From an uncultured Pelagibacteraceae bacterium (GTDB lineage Bacteria > Pseudomonadota > Alphaproteobacteria > Pelagibacterales > AG-422-B15): a stretch of DNA of 64,000 nucleotides. Below are positions 1 to 10,530 of the stretch, piece after piece (position 1 is the stretch's first letter; every line of letters begins with the position of its first letter). The notes beneath the pieces were generated by a model. That model saw only the letters and a program-made list of their open reading frames with translations, searched no databases and was not told the DNA's origin. The stretch lies in NCBI GenBank assembly GCA_902524795.1, contig CABZEU010000002.1, forward strand, positions 32,023 to 96,022, given 5' to 3'. The translations under genes were made by a program, and so were the position numbers.

Positions 1-1
1 T

Positions 2-436
2 GGGCAGGTAGTCATAAGCGGTGAAATGAAAGCAATTGATTATATTGTTTCAAATTCAAAAAAATTTGGTTTAAAAAAAGTAATTAAACTTTCTGTAAGC
101 GCTCCTTTTCACAGTGAATTTATGTTAAAAGCTTCAATGACTATGCAGAAGGAGATTGATAAATTTAATTTTAAGCCTTTTTCTGTGCCTCTTTATTCAA
201 ACGTAACTTCCTTGCCTTGTAATGAAATAAATATAAAACAAATTCTAGTGGAGCAAATAGTAAAAAAAGTAAGATGGAGAGAAATAATCACGAATATGAT
301 AAATGATGGAGTGGAAAAATTTATTGAAATTGGACCTGGGAATGTATTAACGAATTTAGTAAAAAGAATATCAAAAGAAATAAAATCAATATCAATATCA
401 AAAGTAGATGATTTTGAGAAACTGGATAATATTTAA
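2..436 (+). CDS. fabD: malonyl-CoA:ACP transacylase FabD, C-terminal part (5' end lies outside the window)
   Basis: The frame is open from the window edge (GQVVISGE...). ...VSAPFHSEFM... and GPGNVLTNL look like a FabD C-terminus. It heads the conserved fabD-fabG-acpP-fabF order. Confidence 0.8.
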   Translation, partial: GQVVISGEMKAIDYIVSNSKKFGLKKVIKLSVSAPFHSEFMLKASMTMQKEIDKFNFKPFSVPLYSNVTSLPCNEINIKQILVEQIVKKVRWREIITNMINDGVEKFIEIGPGNVLTNLVKRISKEIKSISISKVDDFEKLDNI

Positions 437-438
437 TT

Positions 439-1159
439 ATGAAGAATGTTCTAATTACTGGAGCCACGGGTGGAATAGGGACGTCCATCTTGAAATTATT
501 TTATAATAGTAATTATAATATATGCGTAACCGGCACTAATATGAATAAATTGAATGAAATTGAAGTTAATTATAAAGGCAAAGTAAAATGTATTGCCTGC
601 AACCTAAATGATGACTCACAAATTGAGAAACTAGTCCATCAGTCTAATGAATATTATGGATCAACTAATATTCTCATTAATAATGCCGGAATCACTAGAG
701 ATAATCTATTGTTAAGAATGAAAGATGAAGAATGGAACGATGTAATTAATATCAATTTAAATTCTAACTTTAAGCTTACAAAACAAATTTTAAAGGGAAT
801 GATTAAAAGTCGCTGGGGGAGGATTATTAATATTTCATCAGATGCTGCAAAGATTGGCAATGCAGGTCAAGCAAACTATGTTGCATCTAAATCTGCAATT
901 GAAGGTCTCACAAGAACTCTGGCAAACGAAGTGGCTTCAAGAGGTGTCACAGTTAATTGTGTCTCTCCAGGATTTGTTGATACTGAAATTCTTAAAACAG
1001 TGGATAAAAAAAACATTACAAGGTATGGTAGAAAATATTCCTCTAGGAAGAATGGGAAGAACTAATGAAATTGCTTCTGCTGTTTATTTTCTTTCTTCAG
1101 AAGAATCAGCTTATATTACGGGTCAGGTGCTTCATGTTAATGGTGGCTTGACAATGTGA
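439..1159 (+). pseudogene. fabG: 3-oxoacyl-ACP reductase FabG, frame interrupted as sequenced by 1 extra A in an A8 run (likely sequencing artefact)
   Basis: ORF 439..1065 has ITGATGGIG, NNAGIT and Y-x3-K (YVASK). ORF 842..1159 ends ...IPLGRMGRTNEIA...ITGQVLHVNGG, the FabG C-terminus. Removing one A from 1006..1013 joins them into one protein of about 239 aa. Confidence 0.85.
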
Positions 1160-1203
1160 TGCAGAACGTACTAAAAAGCTAATATATTTAAACAGGAGTA
1201 TTT

Positions 1204-1437
1204 ATGAGTGAAGTTGCTGACAAAGTAAAAAAGATAATAGCTGAACATTTAGGCATAGATGATATGAGTAAGATCACTGATGATGCTAAGTTCATTGATG
1301 ATTTAGGCGCAGATAGTTTGGATACTGTAGAACTAGTTATGGCCTTTGAAGAAGCCTTTGATGTAGAAATTCCTGATGAAAAAGCAGAATCTATATTAAC
1401 TGTTGGAGATGCAATATCTCACCTAGAAACAGACTAA
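1204..1437 (+). CDS. acpP: acyl carrier protein
   Basis: 77 aa with the [12 protein letters not shown] phosphopantetheine-attachment motif. AGGAG sits about 8 nt upstream. Located between fabG and fabF. Confidence 0.95.
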   Translation: MSEVADKVKKIIAEHLGIDDMSKITDDAKFIDDLGADSLDTVELVMAFEEAFDVEIPDEKAESILTVGDAISHLETD

Positions 1438-1450
1438 TAAATAAAAATAA

Positions 1451-2713
1451 ATGAAGAGAGTTGTAGTTACCGGAATGGGGCTAGTTACCCCCTTTGGTTG
1501 CGGAAAGTTACAAAACTGGAATTGCTTAGTCTCTACTAAATCGAGTGCTACTAGAATTACAAAGTTTGATCCCACAAAATATAAATGTCAGGTTGCATGT
1601 GAAGTTCCCGTTGGCAGTGGAGAAAATGGGACTTTTAATGCAGTAGAATGGATTGAAAGAAAAGAAATAAAAAAAATTGATGATTTTATTAAATATGCAA
1701 TGGCTGCTGGTGAGGAAGCTTTTATAGAAAGCAACATAGGCTCCATTAATGATCCTCAATCTTACCGTGCAGGTTGTATTATTGGCTCAGGTATGGGGGG
1801 ATTGCCAGGCATTGAACAAACGTCACTTGATTATGCAAATGGTAAGAAAATCAGTCCTTTCTTTATAACTGGTAGAATAATCAATATGCCAGCTGGTTAT
1901 TTATCAATAAAGTATAATTTGAAAGGGCCAAACTACTCAACAGTTTCTGCGTGTGCTTCTTCTGCTCATGCAATTGGTGAGTCCTTTCGCCTAATTCAGC
2001 ATGGACAGGTTGACGTTATGATGACAGGTGGATCAGAAGCTACTATAAACCCAATAGGAATTGAGGGTTTTGCAGCGTGCAGGGCATTAAGCACAAAATT
2101 TAATGATAACCCTTCAAAATCTTCTAGACCCTTTGATGAAGAGAGAGATGGTTTTGTTATGGGGGAGGGCGGTGCAGTCCTTATTCTAGAAGAATTAAGT
2201 CATGCTCAAAAACGTAATGCTAAAATATTATGCGAAATTAAGGGCTATGGAATGTCTTCCGATGCATACCATTATACCTTGCCAGATAGTACTGGAGATG
2301 GAGCTTATAGAGCTATGAATAATTCAATTGAGGACGCGAAACTTGAGCCACATGAAATTCAATACATAAATGCCCATGGAACCTCTACTCCAGCAGGGGA
2401 CAAAGCTGAGGCGTTAGCTATTGATAAACTTTTTATGGAGAACCCCGAAAAAGTATGCGTATCGTCTACAAAATCTCAAACAGGCCACTTATTGGGAGCA
2501 GCTGGAGCTGTTGAGGCGATATTTTCAATTATGAGTTTAGAAAATCAAATTGTACCAATTAATTTAAACCTAGAAAAAGAGTTGGATACAAAAAATATAA
2601 ATTTTATTAAATCCGATCCACTACAAATGAAACTTGTAAATGTAATTTCGAATTCATTTGGTTTTGGTGGAACAAACGTTTCGTTGATATTTTCTAAGTT
2701 TGATGGCAAATAA
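1451..2713 (+). CDS. fabF: 3-oxoacyl-ACP synthase II
   Basis: 420 aa with the TVSACASSAHAIG active-site Cys region, NAHGTSTPAGD and TGHLLGAAGAVE motifs. Confidence 0.92.
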   Translation: MKRVVVTGMGLVTPFGCGKLQNWNCLVSTKSSATRITKFDPTKYKCQVACEVPVGSGENGTFNAVEWIERKEIKKIDDFIKYAMAAGEEAFIESNIGSINDPQSYRAGCIIGSGMGGLPGIEQTSLDYANGKKISPFFITGRIINMPAGYLSIKYNLKGPNYSTVSACASSAHAIGESFRLIQHGQVDVMMTGGSEATINPIGIEGFAACRALSTKFNDNPSKSSRPFDEERDGFVMGEGGAVLILEELSHAQKRNAKILCEIKGYGMSSDAYHYTLPDSTGDGAYRAMNNSIEDAKLEPHEIQYINAHGTSTPAGDKAEALAIDKLFMENPEKVCVSSTKSQTGHLLGAAGAVEAIFSIMSLENQIVPINLNLEKELDTKNINFIKSDPLQMKLVNVISNSFGFGGTNVSLIFSKFDGK

Positions 2714-3302
2714 TCTTAAATCAAAAAAAATGATTATTGTAATATCATCACCATCTGGCGCAGGAAAATCGTCTATATGCAAACAATTATTAAAGGATGA
2801 TCCTCAGTTAAATATATCTATTTCAGATACCACAAGACCCCCCAGAAAGAATGAAAAAAATGGTAAAGACTACAATTTTATTGAAAAAGATGAATTCGAG
2901 AGCAAAATTAAGAAGAATGAATATATTGAATATGCAAATGTTTTTGGTAATTATTATGGGTCACTTTATAAGGATGTTCAAAACTCACTAGATCATGGTT
3001 TTGATGTTCTGTTTGACATAGATTGGCAAGGATCAATTCAACTTAAAGCCTCTAAATTCCCTAATTTGTTAACTATTTTTATTACAACTCCTTCAAAAGA
3101 AATTATTTATGAAAGACTGAAGCTAAGAGCAGAAGAGTCTGGAGATAACGAACAAGCTATTAAAAAAAGAATGGCAATGTACGAAACTGAAATGAGTCAT
3201 CAAAATGAATATGAACACATTGTTGAAAATGATAAGTTTGAACAATGTGTTTTAAAAATAAAGAAAATAATATTAGAGGCTAGGTCAAAGTTAAATAGCT
3301 GA
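2703..3302 (+). CDS. gmk: guanylate kinase
   Basis: P-loop SSPSGAGKSS and TTRPPRKNE motif. Start is ambiguous (TTG 2700, ATG 2703 or ATG 2730). Overlaps the fabF stop. Confidence 0.88.
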   Translation: MANNLKSKKMIIVISSPSGAGKSSICKQLLKDDPQLNISISDTTRPPRKNEKNGKDYNFIEKDEFESKIKKNEYIEYANVFGNYYGSLYKDVQNSLDHGFDVLFDIDWQGSIQLKASKFPNLLTIFITTPSKEIIYERLKLRAEESGDNEQAIKKRMAMYETEMSHQNEYEHIVENDKFEQCVLKIKKIILEARSKLNS

Positions 3303-4082
3303 TGCCAACCTACAATAATCATCAACTGATAAGTTTTCTGCTCTTAATCCGTCATCAATGTCAAACTTTTTTAAAAGGTAGTCATACTCTTTTAAGCTAG
3401 TTTTAATTTTTTTTCTTCTGTGCTCAAAAGATTTTCTAAGTAATTTTTGTAAATTAAAGATATCAACATCCAGATACTTAGTAATTGGTCTAAATTCAAG
3501 TACAGTTCCATCAACTTTTGGTTTTGGGATAAAGATATTTGACGGTGCGTTTAAAAGTACTTTTATTTCACAACGTGCTTGAGATATAACGGATATGCGA
3601 CTGTAGCTTTTTTGATTGTGTCTAGCGATTATTCGATTGGCAACTTCTTTTTGAAACATCAATACCATCTTACTATAAAATGGAGGCCAATTGTGATTGA
3701 CTATCCAATTAATAAGAAGTTGTGAAGATATATTAAATGGTAAATTTCCAATAATTAAAGATTTTTGATTTTTATTTATAACCTCATAATTATAATCAAG
3801 TGCATCATCGTTATATACAAATATATTTTTGTTACTTTTAAATTTATCTTCTAATTTTTGAAACAATAAAAAATCTTTTTCAATTAAATATAAGTTTTTA
3901 AATTTTTTTTTCGCCAATTGATCAGTCAACGCTCCCATTCCAGGGCCAATTTCAAAGACATTAGTATCGACATCGCTTTTAATTAATGCACTTAATTCTA
4001 AAATAAAATCTTTATTTTGAATAAAGTTTTGGCCAAGGGATTTTTTTGGGTAAGACTTATTTATATTCAATTGTTGCTTCAT
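3291..4082 (-). CDS. rsmA: 16S rRNA (adenine1518/1519-N6)-dimethyltransferase
   Basis: SLGQNFI and EIGPGMGALT SAM-binding motifs. Sits downstream of lptD-surA as in other Gram-negatives. Confidence 0.9.
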   Translation of the reverse strand: MKQQLNINKSYPKKSLGQNFIQNKDFILELSALIKSDVDTNVFEIGPGMGALTDQLAKKKFKNLYLIEKDFLLFQKLEDKFKSNKNIFVYNDDALDYNYEVINKNQKSLIIGNLPFNISSQLLINWIVNHNWPPFYSKMVLMFQKEVANRIIARHNQKSYSRISVISQARCEIKVLLNAPSNIFIPKPKVDGTVLEFRPITKYLDVDIFNLQKLLRKSFEHRRKKIKTSLKEYDYLLKKFDIDDGLRAENLSVDDYCRLASAI

Positions 4083-4677
4083 TAAATAGGTCTCTTATCA
4101 TTTTATTACTCTTTAAATCCAGTTGCCTTTGGACGATTATATTTATTGCCGTTTCCTGAGATATATTTGGATTATTAATAACAATTTCCTCAATTTCAAT
4201 TTCACTAGTTGATGTAAGTCGATAATACATCCCAGAAATTAGTTTTTGCCATGCAATTCCGTCGACTAAATATTTTTTAAATTCACTATATTTGATATCA
4301 TTCATTTCAAATATTTTGATAATATCTTCTTTATTAATTTGATTATTTTGGTAATAGAGAAGTTCTTGCTCTAAATATTCTTCTTCACTAACGGATACGC
4401 CATATTCATTTATTTTTTGATTTTTCAGCTTCTCTGTAATTAATTCATCCACTACCGTATTTAATAGTTGATTATTGTTTGCAGGAGTAATCTCTATACC
4501 TGATAATATTGCACTCAACTTCATTCTTTGTATGACATCATAAGATGTAATAAGCTGATCATTCACAAGCACTGCAATTCTATGATCGTTAGTATTAAAT
4601 GCATTTGCATTTAAGCATAATGATTGAAAAAAAAACAATATCAGTAACGTTTTCATTACAATATTTATTTTAAGCAT
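4057..4677 (-). CDS. surA: SurA-like periplasmic chaperone lacking parvulin (PPIase) domains
   Basis: Signal peptide (MKTLLILFFFQSLCLNANA). SurA N-domain-like AVLVNDQLITSYDV..., and the position between lptD and rsmA fits SurA. Only 206 aa. Alternative start at 4656. Confidence 0.6.
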   Translation of the reverse strand: MLKINIVMKTLLILFFFQSLCLNANAFNTNDHRIAVLVNDQLITSYDVIQRMKLSAILSGIEITPANNNQLLNTVVDELITEKLKNQKINEYGVSVSEEEYLEQELLYYQNNQINKEDIIKIFEMNDIKYSEFKKYLVDGIAWQKLISGMYYRLTSTSEIEIEEIVINNPNISQETAINIIVQRQLDLKSNKMIRDLFNEATIEYK

Positions 4678-6764
4678 TAAATTTTAGGTCCAAAAACTTT
4701 ATTTTTTCCATAATTATTCGTTGAGCCAAACGGCTTTAATACTATTGTGAAGCTATATCCATAGCTTTCTGCAACATCTCTATCTTTTGTTAAGTCTCTA
4801 TAATAATTTAAGTCAATCCCTAGGCAATCATTTTCATACAAAATACCATATTGGTAGCCTATATTTTTGTTTGTATCTAAGTTTTTAGAACCTGTAAATT
4901 TTATAAATAAATTATTATCTATTTTATATTTTCCTCCAATTGCAACCTGCTCCGCTGGGGTATTATATTTACCTGAAGTATAATCATAATTTAAAGCAAA
5001 AATTAAATCACCTAATGTATTAAATGTATTGGCATTAAAAGACCTAATTTTTAAATCATCTCTATCGACTATTAGAGAGCCGTCTAAATAATTCTCTAAA
5101 TTTATGTTTATATTTGAATTAATAAAATAATTTGAAATTTCACTAGCTGTATCATTGCTTAGTTTGTTTAAACGATAGTTTTGGCCTAAAACTGTCTTAA
5201 TGTCAGCTCCTTGTGGAGAATTAATAAACCATTCAATTCCATAGTTTATTCTTGGCCCACTTTCCCATTCATTTATTGAAGTAGCTCTATTATTTGAAAA
5301 TAAATTACTATTAGTAATTGTCTGAGCGTCAGTATAATTATTATATGGAGCAATGATTGGCATAATAATAGGCGTTAAAGTTTGATTGAATAACAAGGAA
5401 GATTTTAATAGAGGGTATGATATTTTCGAACTAAATTGTGGATAGAAGCGTATATTACTTGTGTCTGAACTTGACTTTTTATCAATTGATATTGAAGTTA
5501 CTCTTAGATTTACTTCATTTTTATAAATTAATCCTAGATTTTTATTTATTTTTTGGTTTGACCAATTTATCTGAGAAGAAGCATGAGATACATAGCTCTC
5601 GTTTAATTTCTTTCTAAATGAAAGCTTATTATTGAGTGACATATTTCCATTAAATATATCGTTATCAATATTGTCGATGTCATAAATAATATTTGGATAT
5701 AAATACTCCCATTGCTGAGTTTCTGTTGTTAAATGTTTATACCCCAGTGTTTCAATTGAAAAAAAGGTATCGTCAACTCCTCTATCAAACTTTATTCCTG
5801 ATTTTAAAACAGTTAGATTATTTATTTTATTTTTACGCATATAAGTATCATTGTTACTTGTTTCTAGGTATGTGTTTAAGTTTCCATACGGATTAAATAT
5901 TTTACTTTTAAAAAAAAGATGATTACTTGTTCCGGTGTTATCATCATTATCATCAATACTTGAGTTAATTTCTAGATCAATCCAGTCGTTAAGATGCCGA
6001 TAATCTATGCTATAAAAATTATTACCAGTGGTTTGAATATTTGGGGTAAAAGTAAGGTCACGGTTACTTCTTAGATTAAGAAAAATTGGTATTGAAAAAG
6101 TTTCCCCTAGCTGCTTATCAGTTTGAATAGTAGGCATCAAAAACCCTGACCTTTTTTTTACCGAGGGATCTGGATGAGAGAAATAGGGCAAATAGAATAC
6201 CGGAATATTAAATAGTTGGATTTGGGCATGATCATAGTGAATTGTTTTATTTTTACTATCGTGATAAATCTTCTTTGATTTAAGTTTCCAGCCTGGACAA
6301 TTTTTTATTAAATAATTTTCTTTTTTACATGGAGTATATTCAGCATTATCAACAACATTGATTTCATCTATTTTATTAAAATTAGAGCCAACGATTCTAG
6401 AGCCATCATTAAGGCGTACTTTGACTGCTTTTCCAGAAATTATACTAAAATCGTCGGTTGCATTTAGTTCATCAAGAAAAAAAGTATTATCCATTTGATC
6501 ATTTATTACTACATTTCCTTTAACCTCGAGAAAATTTTTATTCTTATTATATATTAATTCATTGGACTTAATTTTAATATTATCTTCGTTTATTGCGATA
6601 GCATCTCCAGCAGCTTTTATTGTTTCATTGATTTCATCTACTTTAATCTCATCCGCAAAAATTTTGATTTTTTCTTCAGCATAAATCGCGTTATAGCAAA
6701 CTAGAAAAATAATTGCAGAAACAGAAAGTATTAAGAAAACATTATTTTTTTGCATGTAGTTCAT
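4677..6764 (-). CDS. lptD: LPS-assembly outer membrane protein LptD
   Basis: 695 aa with an N-terminal signal sequence and an aromatic-rich beta-barrel-like sequence ending in ...FGPKI. Position is upstream of surA-rsmA and downstream of lptFG. Confidence 0.75.
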   Translation of the reverse strand: MNYMQKNNVFLILSVSAIIFLVCYNAIYAEEKIKIFADEIKVDEINETIKAAGDAIAINEDNIKIKSNELIYNKNKNFLEVKGNVVINDQMDNTFFLDELNATDDFSIISGKAVKVRLNDGSRIVGSNFNKIDEINVVDNAEYTPCKKENYLIKNCPGWKLKSKKIYHDSKNKTIHYDHAQIQLFNIPVFYLPYFSHPDPSVKKRSGFLMPTIQTDKQLGETFSIPIFLNLRSNRDLTFTPNIQTTGNNFYSIDYRHLNDWIDLEINSSIDDNDDNTGTSNHLFFKSKIFNPYGNLNTYLETSNNDTYMRKNKINNLTVLKSGIKFDRGVDDTFFSIETLGYKHLTTETQQWEYLYPNIIYDIDNIDNDIFNGNMSLNNKLSFRKKLNESYVSHASSQINWSNQKINKNLGLIYKNEVNLRVTSISIDKKSSSDTSNIRFYPQFSSKISYPLLKSSLLFNQTLTPIIMPIIAPYNNYTDAQTITNSNLFSNNRATSINEWESGPRINYGIEWFINSPQGADIKTVLGQNYRLNKLSNDTASEISNYFINSNININLENYLDGSLIVDRDDLKIRSFNANTFNTLGDLIFALNYDYTSGKYNTPAEQVAIGGKYKIDNNLFIKFTGSKNLDTNKNIGYQYGILYENDCLGIDLNYYRDLTKDRDVAESYGYSFTIVLKPFGSTNNYGKNKVFGPKI

Positions 6765-7870
6765 TTGAAGATCTTTTTTCGCTTCAATTCCCAGTACTGA
6801 TAAATAAATATTGCCATCGTGGATGTAATAACTGGCATACTAAAATTAGCAACAACAGGGTGGATTTGAGAAGTTGACCCCAAAGCATTAAGCAAGTTGG
6901 ATATAAAGTACAAGAAAAATATTATGATTAAAGAGCTTACAATGATTTTAGAAAATTTACCATTTTGTTTAATTCCCTGAACTAGGCAAAATGCTAAGAG
7001 AACAAGTGAAGAAATAAAAAAGGGAAGACTCACGAGACTGTATAAGTGCATTTTAAAATCAATTGAAGAATAACCTAATTCTTCGAGAAAACTAATAAAG
7101 GTTAATAAGCGCCATATAGAAATACTGGAGGGTGAGGAAAGGCTGTCTGATATGTCTTTAGGTTTAATGTTAGTCTTATAATTAAGGTAATTCTGATATA
7201 TTGTTTCACCATATCTTGGTGTTATTTGGATATCAAACATCCTCCAATATCCTTCATCGAGTTCAGCTTTTTTCCCGTCAATTCTGCCATTAAAAGCTCC
7301 TTTATAATCGTATTCTAAAAGCATGAATGAATTTAAGACTTTACCCTCCTGCTCAGTACTTTTAGCATAAAGCACACTTGTCAAGTTTGTCTCGTAATTA
7401 TCCTGTTTAAGCCAAAGACCATTCTTTGTAATAGATGCAAATTTATCAACTCGATCGATATATTCATATTTTAGGTTAGAGTATCTATCATCAAATATAG
7501 CAATTAGTGGGTTAGCTAGGGTAATGAATGTAATGCCAATAAAAAAATGAAGCATTATAGCTGGAAGAATAGTTTTTAGATTTGAAATACCCATGCCGCT
7601 AATTACTGTTAGCTCCGAATTTCTAATCAAGATTAATAATGCTAAAATAGATGAAAAAAAAGAAGTTATAGGCAAAGTATAGGCAATCAGGTTAGGAAAA
7701 TTAAATAGCGTTAGTTGTAATATTATATTAAATGGCACATTCTTGCCTGCAGTTTTTCGAAATTGTTCAACAAAATCTCCAATAAAAAGAATAGAGGCTA
7801 ATATGAGAAAAGTTATTAAAAACGAATAAAGAAACTTTTTAAATATATAATAATTTATTTTACTAAACAT
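6761..7870 (-). CDS. lptG: LPS export ABC permease LptG (YjgP/YjgQ family)
   Basis: 369 aa polytopic membrane protein with a large periplasmic loop. It is the second gene of a pair divergent from pepA, as in E. coli lptF-lptG. Confidence 0.75.
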   Translation of the reverse strand: MFSKINYYIFKKFLYSFLITFLILASILFIGDFVEQFRKTAGKNVPFNIILQLTLFNFPNLIAYTLPITSFFSSILALLILIRNSELTVISGMGISNLKTILPAIMLHFFIGITFITLANPLIAIFDDRYSNLKYEYIDRVDKFASITKNGLWLKQDNYETNLTSVLYAKSTEQEGKVLNSFMLLEYDYKGAFNGRIDGKKAELDEGYWRMFDIQITPRYGETIYQNYLNYKTNIKPKDISDSLSSPSSISIWRLLTFISFLEELGYSSIDFKMHLYSLVSLPFFISSLVLLAFCLVQGIKQNGKFSKIIVSSLIIIFFLYFISNLLNALGSTSQIHPVVANFSMPVITSTMAIFIYQYWELKRKKIFK

Positions 7871-8978
7871 TTTGATTTCTTAATAAATACAAAAAATCTT
7901 TATATAGATATATAACTGTTGCCAAAATTAATATTAGAGGGCAAGTGTAATAAAGTGTGACTAATTGACTGTTGTCAATTAGTAAATTTGAAAATGTGAT
8001 TTGAAATATTTGAATTGCAAAAGCTATAGCGGCAACAGCAATTATAGGGTAAAGCCAGCTGGCATCGGGCCTCTTAGAAAAATTAATCATGATAAGAGGA
8101 AGCAATGCATAAAATATTATGTATATTGGATTAACAAACCTTTTATGCAATTCAGCAAATTGCTCTTTTTGATATTTTGAAAAGTTTCTGGGTAAGATAT
8201 TTTTCAAGTTATTTCTTATATCACCTGTAGATAATTCATCAGGGTAAATATGAGTATTTTCTTTCTTACTATACGGAGTAAGGTCAAGATTATAGGTATC
8301 AAAAGAAATTTCCGATACGCGGTTTACACCGCTGTCATATATTTGTATAGAGCCATTAAACAATTTTAAAAAATTTACATTATCACTTGAAATGAATTTC
8401 CCTTTCTCAGCTATATATGTTTGAGGTTTATTAATATTACTTTGGTCATGAATTAAAAGGCCAAAGATCTCATTATTTTTTTTCTCTTGTAAAAATATTG
8501 TAAAATTATTTGTAGGTGAGATGAATTTTTTTTCTTTTAATAAAGATATATGTATACCTGAGGACCTTATTTCAATAATTTTATACCTAAGTTCTTTTAA
8601 TGAGCTTGGTGTCATGAAAATACTAAAAAACATAACCACTAAAAACATCAAAGTAGAAAATAAAATAATTGGCTTTATTAGAATATTTTTTTCTGATTTT
8701 CCTGAAGTCCCTAGTATGATTAATTCACTATCATTACGCAGTCTATTGAGATTAAACAGTATTGCAAGAAACATACATATTGGGAAAGTTAATAGAATTA
8801 TTTTAGGTAATAAAAGAATTACATATGAAAGATAAGTTTCAATAGACACATTATTAGTTGTAAGTAGGTCAATATGTCTCAATCCTTGTCCTAACCATAT
8901 TATCCCAGTTAGCAAAATTGCTAGAAACAAAAAACTTGAAGTGATTTCTTTAATCGCATATGTTGTAAATCTTGACAT
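7863..8978 (-). CDS. lptF: LPS export ABC permease LptF (YjgP/YjgQ family)
   Basis: 371 aa polytopic membrane protein, paralogous in layout to the next gene and divergent from pepA. Confidence 0.75.
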   Translation of the reverse strand: MSRFTTYAIKEITSSFLFLAILLTGIIWLGQGLRHIDLLTTNNVSIETYLSYVILLLPKIILLTFPICMFLAILFNLNRLRNDSELIILGTSGKSEKNILIKPIILFSTLMFLVVMFFSIFMTPSSLKELRYKIIEIRSSGIHISLLKEKKFISPTNNFTIFLQEKKNNEIFGLLIHDQSNINKPQTYIAEKGKFISSDNVNFLKLFNGSIQIYDSGVNRVSEISFDTYNLDLTPYSKKENTHIYPDELSTGDIRNNLKNILPRNFSKYQKEQFAELHKRFVNPIYIIFYALLPLIMINFSKRPDASWLYPIIAVAAIAFAIQIFQITFSNLLIDNSQLVTLYYTCPLILILATVIYLYKDFLYLLRNQNV

Positions 8979-9018
8979 TTTCTCAATTATATCAATATTT
9001 TGTTAAAGGTATATACGT

Positions 9019-10530
9019 ATGGACGTTCAATTTAATAACTTAAAACAAGAAAAAGGTGCTATAGGCATTATATTTTGTGATCATAGCTGTCGGCTAATAG
9101 GCTATGGTAAGAAATTAGATCAGCTCACAAAAAAATACCTATCAGACACAATTAATGCTGATGAGTCTTTTAAGCATAGAAAGTCTAAAAACTTTGATTA
9201 TTTGATAATTCATCGTCCACCAAATCTCAGCCTTTTAAAACTATATATATTCAAGTTAAAAAATATAAAAAATTATTCAAATAGAAATTTTCAAATTTTA
9301 GGGGGAAATTTGTTTTCTCTTATAAAATTTTATAAGGAGCATGATGTCATTATTTATCCTGATGGAATCAATTCATCAAAATTAAGCTTTGTTAACTCTA
9401 CAAGTGAGATGTTGTTGGGATTTTTATTAGCATCTTATAAGTTCACAAAATATTTTTCTAAGATAGATAAGAAAAAAGCAAGTAAGAAAACAAAGATCAA
9501 AATTTATTCATCTCAGTATACAAGATTAAAAAAAACCCATGAAACAGTAAAAGCTATTCATGATGGGGTCACTATGACCAGAAACCTTGTAACGGAACCT
9601 CCAAATATTATGACCCCGCCTGAATTAGCAAAAAATGCTGCTTCGCTTGAAAAAGTAGGTGTGAAAGTTACAATTCTCGGCGAAAAAGAAATGACAAAAC
9701 TAGGTATGGGCTCCTTACTTAGTGTTGGCCGTGGAAGTGAACATGAGTCCAAACTAGCCATCATGGAATGGAAAGGTCATAAAAATAAAAAGAAAAAACC
9801 AATCGCCTTTATAGGTAAAGGAGTCTCATTCGATACAGGTGGAGTTTCACTTAAGCCTGCAGGTGGAATGGAAGAAATGAAATATGATATGGGAGGTTCA
9901 GGCGTTGTAATTGGTTTAATGAAGACATTAGCTCTAAGAAAAGCTAAGGCAAATGTAATAGGTGTAGTAGGTCTTGTCGAAAACCACATTGGAAACATGG
10001 CAACAAGACCTAGTGATGTAGTGAAGTCTTATTCAGGTCAAACAATTGAGATTTTAAATACTGACGCTGAAGGCAGGCTAGTACTTGCAGATGCTCTATG
10101 GTATACCCAAGAGAAGTACAAACCTGAGTTAATGGTTGATTTAGCTACCTTAACTGGAGCAATAATTATTGCAATCGGAAATGAATATGCAGGATTATTT
10201 TCCAATAACGACAAATTAAGTAAGCAGCTGGAAGATGCTGGCAAGATTGAAGATGAAAAACTATGGAGGTTCCCGCTTCATGATAAATTTGATAAAATGA
10301 TAAATTCACCAATTGCAGATATGCAAAACATTTCTAGTGGAAGAGGAGCGGGCTCAATTACTGCAGCTCAGTTTTTACAAAGATTTGTTAATAAGGTTCC
10401 ATGGGCACATTTAGACATTGCTGGAACAACATGGTCAAAAACAAATTTACCAACATCTCCAAAAGGAGCAACAGCATTTGGGGTAAAGCTTCTAAACAAA
10501 TTTGTATCAAAATATCATGAGGGTAAATAA
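9019..10530 (+). CDS. pepA: leucyl aminopeptidase (M17)
   Basis: 503 aa with [14 protein letters not shown] and [10 protein letters not shown] motifs of M17 peptidases. Confidence 0.92.
   Translation: MDVQFNNLKQEKGAIGIIFCDHSCRLIGYGKKLDQLTKKYLSDTINADESFKHRKSKNFDYLIIHRPPNLSLLKLYIFKLKNIKNYSNRNFQILGGNLFSLIKFYKEHDVIIYPDGINSSKLSFVNSTSEMLLGFLLASYKFTKYFSKIDKKKASKKTKIKIYSSQYTRLKKTHETVKAIHDGVTMTRNLVTEPPNIMTPPELAKNAASLEKVGVKVTILGEKEMTKLGMGSLLSVGRGSEHESKLAIMEWKGHKNKKKKPIAFIGKGVSFDTGGVSLKPAGGMEEMKYDMGGSGVVIGLMKTLALRKAKANVIGVVGLVENHIGNMATRPSDVVKSYSGQTIEILNTDAEGRLVLADALWYTQEKYKPELMVDLATLTGAIIIAIGNEYAGLFSNNDKLSKQLEDAGKIEDEKLWRFPLHDKFDKMINSPIADMQNISSGRGAGSITAAQFLQRFVNKVPWAHLDIAGTTWSKTNLPTSPKGATAFGVKLLNKFVSKYHEGK

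Noticed and set aside
842-1159. Treating 842..1159 and 25804..26460 as independent genes.
   Set aside because: Each is simply the C-terminal part of a frameshifted gene (fabG and rne respectively). Their track 'starts' are internal codons.
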